A stretch of DNA of 64,000 nucleotides from Geosiphon pyriformis uo1 (Eukaryota > Fungi > Glomeromycota): contig JAAOMT010000515.1 of NCBI GenBank assembly GCA_016748015.1, forward strand, positions 124,001 through 188,000, in the 5' to 3' direction. A program made the position numbers and the translations under genes. Position 1 is the stretch's first letter. Each line of letters opens with the position of its first letter. The notes beneath the pieces were generated by a model. That model saw nothing but the letters and a program-made list of their open reading frames with translations. It searched no databases and was not told where the DNA came from. Below, piece after piece: positions 52,801 through 64,000 of this stretch.

Positions 52801-54231
52801 AAACTAAAGTCATCCTTCTTTGTAAATGTGGCAATTTGAAGCAAGAAGTAACCTGCTTCATGAGCTCTCAGAATGTAACTGAAGGCAAAAACCGTCAACT
52901 TCAATGCACTGATTATTGTGCCGTCTTAGAAAGGAATAAAAAGCTTGCACAAGCATTGGAAATTGAAGATAGAGCAGCTGATGGGTAGGTTTGTCGCAGA
53001 CTTTGGGTTTTCATTCATGTTTAGATTTCGAGACTAAATCAATCTCTTTTAGATCTACCACCAAACCTGCTCTCAAATATTCTGATGAATTTGTCAAATA
53101 CTATAATGCAAACAAGGAATGGGCGAGAAACATTGAGACAATTCTCAATGACTTTATGAAGTCAGAGTAAGTTAATGATATATTTATTCCATGGCTTTTC
53201 AGCTTATTTGATAAGTTGTCTCATCATAATTAAATTATCTCCAGAAAACAAGCACTAGATCTCAAGCCAATGAAATCCACACATCGTAAATTCATACATG
53301 AGCTTTGTACTCATTATAAACTCGCTTCTGAGAGTGTTGATATTGAACCTCATCGAAGCGTTTACATCAAGAAGAAACCAGAATCTACTCCGTAAGAAAT
53401 ATTTAATCAGAAAAACGGTTCCAAATTTTTCAATTCATTAACTAAAATTTTGATTTTAGTCCCCTGATTCCTCTTTCACAAGCTCTTTCAAATCAGCTTA
53501 CGAGCTCTGGTGTAGTAGCTGTAAATCCACCTATTCCCATATCTTCTTCCTCTTCTTCACCCTTAGAACAATTACCACGCAAACCAAAGCAACCAGTTAA
53601 TGGGCTTTACCTTGCAGAATTAACATTCGGTATTACTCATGAAGAATTACAAAGGGAACTCGAACCGATTTTGGGACGATTTAAATATGTAGTGAAATGG
53701 GTAGCAGAAGATGATGCCGTTGTATTACCGATTGCTGGTTCGATGCAAATGGATGAACTTGAAACCTTGTTAATGCGTCTGAAAACGACTGTCAAAGAAG
53801 CTCTCGTACCCAAAGCCACCGTCGCTTGGGTTGAACTTTGTTGGGTAAACGCGAAGTATGAAGTTGTTTGGCGTGAACGTGGAAAACTTATTAGTAGTCT
53901 TGGAACAGTGAGTAGTTTGGGATCTGGCAGTGACATTGAGGCGAAATCAGGATCAGTTGTTTTGTCACATGGCACATCCACCCGAAATTCAAACACGTTT
54001 AAAGTATTATCGGATATGGCCACTAGAGAAACCCCTAAGCGAGCTACTTCTAAGCAATTTATATGGACTTCCCCCAGTGTCGCTTTTCAAAAAAGTAAAC
54101 CAGACAAAGATGTTGCTGCTGCCGCCACGACTCGGCAATCAAATCTTGGCCCATTCCTACCTGGTAGCGAAGAGGATGTCCCTGATGACTGGGAAATGTT
54201 GAGCGACGGCTCTGATTCTTTAATGCCCTAG
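49847..54231 (+). CDS. NFX1: NF-X1/FAP1-type zinc-finger protein (RING + NF-X1 repeats + R3H)
   Basis: Exons 49847-51041, 51108-51204, 51269-51622, 51693-52264, 52348-52984, 53053-53166, 53245-53391, 53460-54231. YECMICCE...WSC..CWAVFHLHC..KWA...WRCPGCQ RING, many C..H.C...CH.G.C repeats, R3H (PM...HRKFIHELC...ESVD.EPHRSV). Confidence 0.94.
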
Positions 54232-55875
54232 CGTCAACCGATGGACTCTAAATATGACATTTTTCTTTCGAAGATTTGGATAAACCACAATGATACAACT
54301 GCCAAAATTAACCATTAATAATATCTTGTTGAAATTTAAAATTGCCTATTGAAAATTGAAAATCTGACGAGATTAGATGGAATACTAATATTACCCTCGG
54401 AAAATATTGAAATTTTTAATTTTAATAATATTGTATAAGAAGTAATATAGAAGTTTCACTTAATTGTTCGAATCTTAAACATAATTATTTTTACAATCCA
54501 ATCAAAGAGTGGAAAGGTATTAGGTTGGATGACTAATCAAACATCAAACGAAATGACGTTCTGATTTCTCTATCAGATCTGTCTTTAAATTGTAGATCAG
54601 GGGCGTACGAATTAGGGGAATTCCGTTTGCCGTGTTACATTCCGAGCTCCCTAATTTTCAAGATAGCTTGTTCCCAAGCCTTGGAAATATTTGGACATTT
54701 ATCATCGTTGGGATCTTTGAATTCAGCCCTTTTCCTTCACAATCACTTAGGTCATAAACTAATATTTTTAAGTTAATGTAAAAATGTGTAAAAACAAATT
54801 CATAATGATGTCATTATTTTTTTGAATCAAAGTTCTGGGTATTGTTAGCTTAAATGGGCAAATATATTCAGACTCCAATCCGGAGCTCAAAATTAAATCA
54901 TTTCGATTTTTTTAGTATAAATAGTTTCACGCACAAAACCTGGGGGGAAATTTTGATATCATTATTAAAAGTATATTTGATTTTTCAATCCCTTTTTAAG
55001 GATACATCATTATCCAATATTTTCTTTTAGAAATACTTTAAAAAGTATTATTTACCCTCCGATTTGAAATACAATGAAGAAATGGTAGAGTGAAGAGCGT
55101 CATTTGAATTTTTTAATTGAAAATATTATGGATTTAGCTGCCATAATCGGTTAAGGAGAATCTTGAGCTCTCGAGTTAATTTAATTCTCCGTCGGAAATT
55201 TGAAGATTTAATTAATAGTTTGAAAATCGCAACGATTTTTTGCCACTAGTATTAGTTAATTTATTGTTTATAGTGATAAAAACGAAACAAACAAAAATTT
55301 TCTTACTTACATACCATTTATAAAACTTGGAAAGCTTCAAATTACGCTTTAATTAATAAAATTATGGGTTTCATTAGTCTAAAGAAAAAACATTAGATTT
55401 AATTCATTTCGTTTGGAAAATTAAAAGCTGGTTTTTAGTTCTTTGATTACTTTAAGGAATTAAAAATTTTTTAAGTGAAAAAAATTTTATTTCAACTTAA
55501 AACTTTTTCAGAATATTAGTTGTTTTTAATTTATACTTTAAGCTAACTGGTGTGCCTTTCAAAGCAATCAAATCATCTATTTATTTATTATTTATTATTT
55601 ATTATTTATTATTTATTTATTAAAATTCAAAATACTAAAAAAAATTTCCTGAGGGAATAGAAAAAAAAGCCCCTTTTGTTAAAAGAGAAACTCATTTAAA
55701 CCATAATTTTTTGTTTCAGTTTATCGTAAACTAGGAGATAATTAAAAAATAATTTTCAGGACTTGCACTTTTATCGAGATCATTGGTAAATAACCGATAC
55801 TCAAAACTTTTATACTTTCTAATTTTTAACATTTTAAGAAATCCTCAAATCATTAATATTTACAATTATAGTTAC

Positions 55876-55929
<54 letters not shown>
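55876..55929 (+). repeat. (AAT)n microsatellite
   Basis: Direct run. Confidence 0.9.
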
Positions 55930-55930
<1 letters not shown>

Positions 55931-57655
55931 CTAAAAAAAATGAGGAAACCATGATCAAATGATTGTTTTAATACTTCAAGCTAAAACTGAACTTGAAAGA
56001 ATTCTTTTTACCTAACCTGATATTCCAAAATTTGCCTCATTTTTCGAATCATCTAGAAATAAACGCAGAATCGACGAGATCATTTATTTTTGTTTTCTCG
56101 ATCACAGATGATTTCAAAATTTATCGCGATCGAAAATACCACAATGATCGAATATTCAGCAATTGATGATCGTAAAATTTAAGGAGTTTTTTTCTTGAAT
56201 ATTGTTACCATTTGAGGACTTTTAGAGGGACAAAATAAAATTTTAATATATAGGGCAATTAATTTCATTTGCATAGTTGCATAGAGGCTTTCAAATATAG
56301 AGTCTCGTTAATCAACAAAATAAAGAGAAAAAATTTTAGCTTAATAAAGTATTGATGATAGCGAAAGAATTTGTGTAGCTCATTGTTTGGGGATTTTATA
56401 ATTTGAGATTAAAGAAAATGAATTTAATGAGTGGAGGCTCTTACTCAGTATGAGATAAAACCAAACATGAAAAACGCTTAAAAAGTAAATCAAAAAATTG
56501 TAATCACATGTTCTTTAGGCTCATTTCTTAGCTTTCGATTTATGGAAAGTTTTTTCGATCTCTAACAATATCATTAAGGCCGATCTATGAAACGATGAAC
56601 ATATCGAATATTGCGACTTTCGCCGAATCGTAAAGATAAAGTCAATAGATATTTTTGATGTGCATAATAAGTTTATCCAGATAATTTGAAATAGACATTT
56701 TTGGTAGAAAATTTATCCGTATTTTTATTTTTCGATTAATAATAACGTGTCTTTATGCTTGTACTTGTGTTTATAAACTTGCATTTTAAAACTCCTATTA
56801 CGAATAATGGGTTTTGTTGATTACCAATTTACATAATCAGTTACTTAATAGTTGAGTCATGCTTTGGAAGAAAGAACTTTAAATTAACTTTTTAAAGTTT
56901 TAGATTTTTCCGGTTTTTTAGGAAATTATTATTTGATTTTGTAAATTACCCGTTATTCAGACTTCTGACATGCATGATTTATGCACATACGTAAAGCATC
57001 ATATAATGAGATTTTCAACTTACAAATTTTTGAAACTCCAAAGAAACTATTTCAAAAAAAAAAAAATTGTACTTTTGATAAATTATCTGGTTCGTTTCTA
57101 AATTTTTTATTGGTTTAAAGGTCTGAAACTTATATCGAGAATGGTAATATATTTTTTGATTTTTAAAGAGTTAAAGGTTTGATATTCATAAGAAACTTTT
57201 AGTCTAATTTAATTTAATTTAGTTTAGTTTAGTTTAGTTTAGTTTAGTTTAAAGAATACAAAAAATGGAACTTTTAGAATTCTTTACTATGTTTAGCGTG
57301 GAATTTTTTTTTAACATTACTCAATTTAAATAGAATTAGCATTGTTTACGTATGACTATTCAAAATCAAACCAAATAATTAAAAAGGAGCTCAAAATTCT
57401 GTAAACATGTTAATTTTCATATTGGTGTTAATAATAGCGTCAAATTTGTGAGATATTAAAATCTACAATCACTTAAAAAGAAATATCTAAATTCTATCAA
57501 AAAGCTTAAAAAATCAATTTCTAAATTAAAACTATAACCTCCATTATCCGAAACACTTTCGATTCAACTCTTCTTGCTTACAATTTGTATTGTCAGCAGG
57601 TTGACCAAAAATTAGTCTCTCACCTTTTATTTTGAGAAAAAGGAAAAATCAAAAG

Positions 57656-57775
57656 CCATTTATCATTTATCATTTATCATTTATCATTTATCATTTTTCA
57701 TTTATCATAAATCATCATAAATCATCATAAATCATCATAAATTATCATAAATCATCATAAATCATCATGAATCAT
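57656..57775 (+). repeat. Compound minisatellite (CATTTAT)n then (ATCATCATAA)n
   Basis: Direct 7-mer and 10-mer runs. Confidence 0.85.
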
Positions 57776-59024
57776 AATGTAAATTTGCTCTATCTTCAAT
57801 TTTCAAAAGTTTGATCGATTTGCTTCAGATCTTAAAAATATTTGACGGTTATTAATCGATACTCAAAGAAATGGGAAATGAAAATTCTTCGAGATCATAA
57901 ATTTTTTGTTGCACTTTAAAGAAATTTCCAGTTTTTTGTTTATGGATAAAATTAAAATCAATATTATTTGATCACGAGAATTTGATCCTACCATAAATTT
58001 ACCTTTTCTAAGAATAAGAATTTTTTTAAATCGATATCTACTGTATATCAGCATCTAATATGAGTTTCTTTATTAATTTGTGGATAGTCGAAAATTTCTA
58101 GATACGGATTAACATTCCCCATTAATCAGTTTGAAAAATAGCATAAATTATAATGTACACAAAACTCTAAGATTTATGGGCAAAATCTCAAATGTTAGTG
58201 ATTAGAAGTTTCTTTACATTTGAATCACAATTTATATATATTACCTAACCCCTTATTAGGAAATTGAATATCAATAACTCCCAAATTAATTAATTCCTCT
58301 GATTACTAGGAGGATGTGTACTACTAAATTTTGCATATGGCATCAACAATTATACTGAACAATGATAAAGCAAAGTAACAATTAGGAATACAAAATGTCA
58401 AAAGATCATCCTTGGGCAAATTAACCATTATTTATCCACTTTTTTTTTCAGTATTGAATCTTATATTAATTTCCGAATGTCGTGTTACATCCATCCATCT
58501 TCAAAAAAAGGATTAAATTTGAAAAATTATTTTATTACCATATTCTGTCGATCAGGGCTAAATATTTCCAAAACTAGTAGAGAACTTTTTCACTGAGAAA
58601 AACACTTGGCGTTTTAATTGAAATCCTTTTCCAGAAGGAATTGTAAAGCCAATCTAATAAAAAGATCAGCTAAGGAAAATAATGCTTTGATTTGCTTGGA
58701 TAAAATATTTCCGACTATCCAGTAACACTAGTTTTCCTGATTTTCGGTGGTGAAACTTATGGAAGCATCTGTCATTTTCCTTAAGTAATTTTAGAATGGA
58801 AACTGTGTCTTGACAATCTATGACTTTGGCCCTATTGGAATTTTCAACAAATGCTGATTAGCAAAAGTTAGTGTGATTATTATGTAAGTCCAATTAAAAA
58901 TTAGGTAAACACCCTAAATCCAAGATCGTTATTCAGAGTTTGTGAAACATCGCGTCGATCCAACCCACAGAGTTTTTCTTATAACCGCTCGACGTGACAG
59001 GGAAAATTTTGGATAATTGGAATA

Positions 59025-60848
59025 ATGCCTTCTCTTTCGGTCCTCGATAATGGAGACTTGTTACTCATGATATTTTCATTTCTCAAAAGACAAGATGATT
59101 TATTTTCTTTGCTTTTTGTGAATTCTACTTGGAGTTCGGTAAGTCACGCTATGGGAAAAATCAAAAGAAATCGATGTTGATTTTTACTGCAAGTTAATTA
59201 AAATAATCAGAATCCTTTCTCAATTATAGCTCATAATAAAAAAACTTTGGAAACGCCCCAGGTGGAAAACATCAAATGGCTATCTGAAATTTATCCGAAC
59301 TCTTCAGACTTCCTCCACTCTTTTTTCCTATGGACCTTTGGTTCACCGTCTCGAATTTGCGAATGGATGCCTTAATGGACTTCTCTGCGCGATCCGTATC
59401 GATGTAGAAGTCCAGCTTGTTATTGAAAAATGTCCAAACATCAAAGAACTATCTTTTACCGGGATGCTTCCACCAGATTTCTTTAATCCGGTCTTGATAA
59501 ACAACTTTGATCACCCTTTAGCCAATTGGATGGAAACTACCCTTGAACCACTGAAACGAACGGAATTTTCTCAATTGGAGAATTTCAACATTGTGAATTG
59601 TAATCTAGAACTTCTAGTGATCACTAAACTCCTTGAAGAAGTATCCGAAAAATGCCAAAAGATTTCCTCCTTATCTACTTCCTTGATTTTATCTGAGCCA
59701 GAAGCCCGAATAATCGTCAAAGGATTTCCAAACCTTGAAACTTTTCGTTGTTCATCTGCAACAAGTGATGGGTTGAATATTTTAGTCGCGGGCTGCCGAT
59801 CATTGAAAAACATTTCGGCGATTTTGGGCCAAGATGTTCAATTCGAAGAATTTTCAAAACCTCCACAGTTTTCTCAGCTCGAAACTTTAGAAGTGAGCAT
59901 GGCTAATCATCAAAATTTTACATCACTAAATTCTGTGATACAACCAAACCTACGAAAGATTGTTCTCAAATCTTGTCTCTCATTGTTCGATGATAGATTA
60001 ATTGAAATAGCACGAAATTGTTCTCGATTGGAGTCAATCGCACTTTTAAATTGCACAAATATCACCGATCTTTCACTCACCGCTCTTGCACGATACCGAA
60101 ACTTGAAGTTAAAAAAAATCCGTCTTTTCGGACTTCACAATATATCAGATACCTCAATTTATGAAATATCCAATAACTGTTCAATGCTTCAAAATTTTGC
60201 GGTTGAACAATGCTCAAGAACAACAGGAAGGTCATTTTTAGATATCATCTCCAAATGCCAAAGGCTTCGAAAATTTTCATGCAACGCAACCAAAAACATT
60301 GCCTTCATCTTAATAAATCAAATTGCAATCGTAAAAGAAAGTTCAAAACTACAGGTGTTGCGATTCACCGAGTGCTATGACATAGAAAACGATGCATATA
60401 CATTTACTCCACAATTACTTGAAAACTGGATACAAAAATGCCCTGCATTACGAAAATTGATTATTCATTTTCTTATACCGGAAGTAACCCCAATGGTAAT
60501 TATCAAAAATATTGGTTAAACGTAAATTGAACTCTATATTGATTCTTTTTCCTCTCATAGGAGTTACTACGATGCTTTTCCAGAATTGAAAATCTTGAAA
60601 ATCTATGCTTTATGCTGTCACCTGATTTTAGTTATCACCATTTTGAAGTCCTCTTAAACCACAGTCGACTACGAGAAATCCTCTTGCTAGGTGAATTCTC
60701 CCGGGATCTTAGATCATTTATCTCACATCGAAAAAATTCAAAAGATCAAAAGATTTCAATAAAGTTAGACTTTTCGGACATTTTGGATTACTTAAACAAT
60801 ACATACGTCCCTCCAGATAGAATTGTTTATGGACGAAAATATTTCTGA
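59025..60848 (+). CDS. F-box/LRR (RNI-like, FBXL) protein
   Basis: Exons 59025-59138, 59230-60495, 60561-60848 (555 aa). F-box DLLLMIFSFL...LFSLLFVNSTW..LIIKKLWKRP; cysteine-containing LRRs (IARNCSRLESIALLNCTNITD). Confidence 0.9.
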
Positions 60849-62023
60849 TCAAAAAATTAATATTATTAATAATTAAAATTAAAATTTAATGTTTACATAG
60901 TTCAAGCTCAAAAATAATTTGTAAAAATTCTTTTAAGAAAGTTTCAAAAAAAACATGTATTTAATAATTTTATAGAAAGTAGTTTAATTGTAATATATAA
61001 TAGAACCAAAACATCAGATATTTAATTTTGGAAAACAACGCAATCTGATCGATTCATATTTTTAATTGATAAAATTCTTGAAATGTTTCTCCCTATTGTC
61101 TAATCGCTCCAATTCTTGACGTATTTAAACTTGGTTGCTGAAGCTTGTCGCCATTTTTGAGAACAGTTTTACATTTCTGAGGATGATTTTGAATATTTTA
61201 CAAATTTTTATTATTATTGGACATCACGTTTTAAACTATGATTTTCTTTTTGTTCATACCAAAAATTGATAATATCTCCTATAAACCGCTTCAATAATGA
61301 TCAAAAGTGGTTAGATGGTTATTTTTATTTAATTTAACTTTTATAAAAGCATTACTATATTTGATGATATAATTAGATATTTTATGTTTGCAAAAATTAC
61401 CATGCAGCATTACACTCTACAATGTGTAACACACACACACATATTTTCACTTGCATTAAGACAAAAATCTTTTTTATTTATTTAATTATTCATTTGATAA
61501 TAAAAAAAGATCCGCTTCTTTTGATAGTGGTACAGGTGTTTAACAAAGAAAAAATATATACATATCCTGTTATGATCGTTTGTTTTTTTTCCACGAAAAA
61601 GATTTTTATTTTTGACTTTTTTAAACAGAGAAATTATTTTTTTCTATATTCGAAAAAAAAACAAAAATGTTAAAAAAATCTGTTTTTTCCTTACCACAAT
61701 TTATTCAAAAAAGCTCATTATTACCAAAAAGGTTATTGTTGTTGAAACATATCTCTTTAAATATAATTTTTATTAGCTAAAATAAACAATCTTATTAGAG
61801 ATACAGTAAAAAACCAAGTGATTAATCGCCTAATCTTTATATTACATTTTGTTTTGTGTAAATAATTCGATTCTTACTGTCTTTGAAAAAAGATTGTTAT
61901 CTACTTTATTATAGTTACAAGTATCAAAATTTTAACCAGAATTCGAGAGAAAAAATTCATTTATTCAATTAAGAATTTAAGATAATTATAATATATACAG
62001 CTCACAGATTTTTCCCACTAAAT

Positions 62024-63558
62024 TTATGTGGACTGGGCGTTTTTTAATTCACTCATTTGCAATGCAGCTATTTTAACTATTAGAGTTTGTGAACTTCCAC
62101 CAATCCTCATTGAGCCTCTAAGAGTAATTTCATCATCTACGGTGTCTTCAGCAGCCTCAATTAAACCTTGTTCTTCTCCGTTATCTCGTGACATATAACT
62201 AGGAAGAGAACTCGTGCCAAAAGGCATCGAATCACGGTTCTTCAAACCTCGCAGGGTATCACCAGAAATCCCGTATTCCTCATCTTGCATCACTTGCTGT
62301 TTTCGGTCTTTTGTGAACGAAGTATGTTTCGGATTTTTGGATTTTCGATGTGACTTCAATGCAATCACCCAAACCACATAGGTGGCCCATATTTGAGTGG
62401 CAAAGAGACAAGCTAACAATATGGGAAACACAATATTAAATGCAAACAGGATTTTGTAGTTTCCTGGAAAATTTAAATTAGAAAGGTTAATACTTTGAAT
62501 CATGAGTTTTTAATTGAAATTTTAGCATTTCAGCCAACTTTCCACAAGATTATTAAACATACCAGGATTAGGTAGAATCTTTTTAGCCCAAAATATCAAC
62601 ACCCAGATAAGTGTACCAAATTTTGCGAGAAACACTTGTACTGCTGCAAAGAAAAGTACCGGTGGTGCATAAGATGGCTTCAATCGGTAAAAGAGTAGAC
62701 CTAAAAAGGTGCTTTGCTCAGTAGTTGCCTGGAAAAACACGATTAGCCCTACTGTAAATAGATCCAAATTGACACTTAAAAATGATCGACGACAGAGTTA
62801 ATTATCAATCTGGGTAGTGAGAATAGAAAATCCACTTTTTTGAAGACTTACGTGTCACGGATAACATAAAAGGCAAAAATATTCACGGCCATTGTAATGA
62901 AATGGTGAGCGATCAGTGGCAGTCGCATTTTACGATAAATCAATTCAAATATATACCTAGAAATTAACGAAAAACATTCATTTTAAAAAAAGGGTAAACA
63001 AAGAAGAGAATAAATTCAAAACGTAGTCTTCCAAAACTGCGAAATAAACAGACATACAAATCAAGAGTAATCAAACAACATATTTGGGCGAGTTGCAAGT
63101 TTCGAGAGCTCAATTCACTTTTGAAAACAGGGTAAATTATTATTTGTATTGTTAAGGCGATTCCGGTGAAAATGATTTCCAAAATATAGGTGGTACAATT
63201 TTTTATATGTTCTAAACTAAGGTTTGGGTCAATTTTTCGAAGAATTTTTTCGATTAATTTCGAGAGAATAATGAGGGTAACGAAGTAAAAGACGTGATTC
63301 GTGGTGAACACGTAGTATGTTGTTTGTGTCACTAATTATTAAAAAATAGAAATAATAATAGCAATATTATTATTATTATTATTATTATTATATAGTGATT
63401 TTGAGAGAAAAAAAGGTCTAAAGCTTCATATTAGAAAATTTAAAAAAATGATAAATCTTGTAGCAGTGCTTACCTTTTTCATTTTGATTATTCAACAAGT
63501 CTTCAATCTGATTCTTTGAGTATCCTCTCCACGAAGGCGGTAGTTGTTGTCCATCCAT
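62024..63558 (-). CDS. Polytopic membrane protein, TLC (TRAM/LAG1/CLN8)-like HH motif
   Basis: Five exons from ATG 63558 (first exon 63558-63474). LYIFELIYRKMRLPLIAHHFITM, FQATTEQSTFLGLLFYRL, multiple TM helices, cytosolic C-tail. Confidence 0.75.
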
Positions 63559-64000
63559 TGTTTAGTGAATTAAAATTTTTCTTTGAAATAGACTTAATTT
63601 AGTTGAAAAAAGAATTTCGATTTCCTTATTTTTAGTGAGAAGAATGATTACAAAGAACTCAATCCTTGGTTTATTGAAAATGAAATTCAATATTGAAATA
63701 AACTCATCAAGATTCCCTACTTTTATACACAACTGTTCACTTTCTTTGATGATCTAAGCAGAGATTAAAAAAGTAATTATTAGTTTTGAGCGTGACACTA
63801 TCCATTGAATTTTTGATAATGATTATGATACAAATGAAAGGTAAAAAAAAAAATTATCTAGATTTCGATTATAACTTTTCTGGAAATTTTTATAATGTAA
63901 ACAAATTTGTATCACCAATTTTTTATTTTGACAAAAACTTTTTTGATCGACATATATTTTAAAAAATACAATAAAATAAATATAGATATTGTAAAAAGCT

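Overview
A very AT-rich, intron-containing eukaryotic (fungal) genomic window. The gene families (BTB-BACK-TLDc, stand-alone Sel1, long TPR array, F-box/LRR, Crinkler-type REase-kinase, class-3 lipase-like, Cu-only SOD) and short GT-AG introns point to Glomeromycotina or a related early-diverging fungus (inference). I assembled 11 apparently intact spliced genes by hand: alkaline ceramidase, Sel1 protein, BTB-BACK-TLDc, lipase-3-like, TPR, Cu-only SOD, pirin, multi-TM protein, EBP-like, NF-X1/FAP1, F-box-LRR, plus a TLC-like membrane protein whose internal boundaries are less certain. There are also three small single-exon genes and a partial secreted-protein gene at the left edge. A decayed island (~7.8-16.4 kb) holds pseudogenes and a 176-bp tandem array with two assembly gaps. 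Four hyper-AT blocks look like hypermutated repeats (about 10% GC in the stretch I counted). Most interesting: (1) an intact 5-exon class-3 lipase homologue whose nucleophile elbow is GHDLGG (Ser->Asp) with the acid and His of the triad retained; (2) two paralogous microproteins sharing a C-terminal VKE..I.DAV...A.KLN.....RNP.A..QDG.T.PE motif and an upstream AATGACGT+TATA promoter, bracketing a pirin and next to a Cu-only SOD; (3) AT blocks that appear to have lost C mainly in CpC/TpC/CpG contexts while keeping CpA/ApC, unlike classical RIP. All exon coordinates and counts were done by eye and need computational confirmation.
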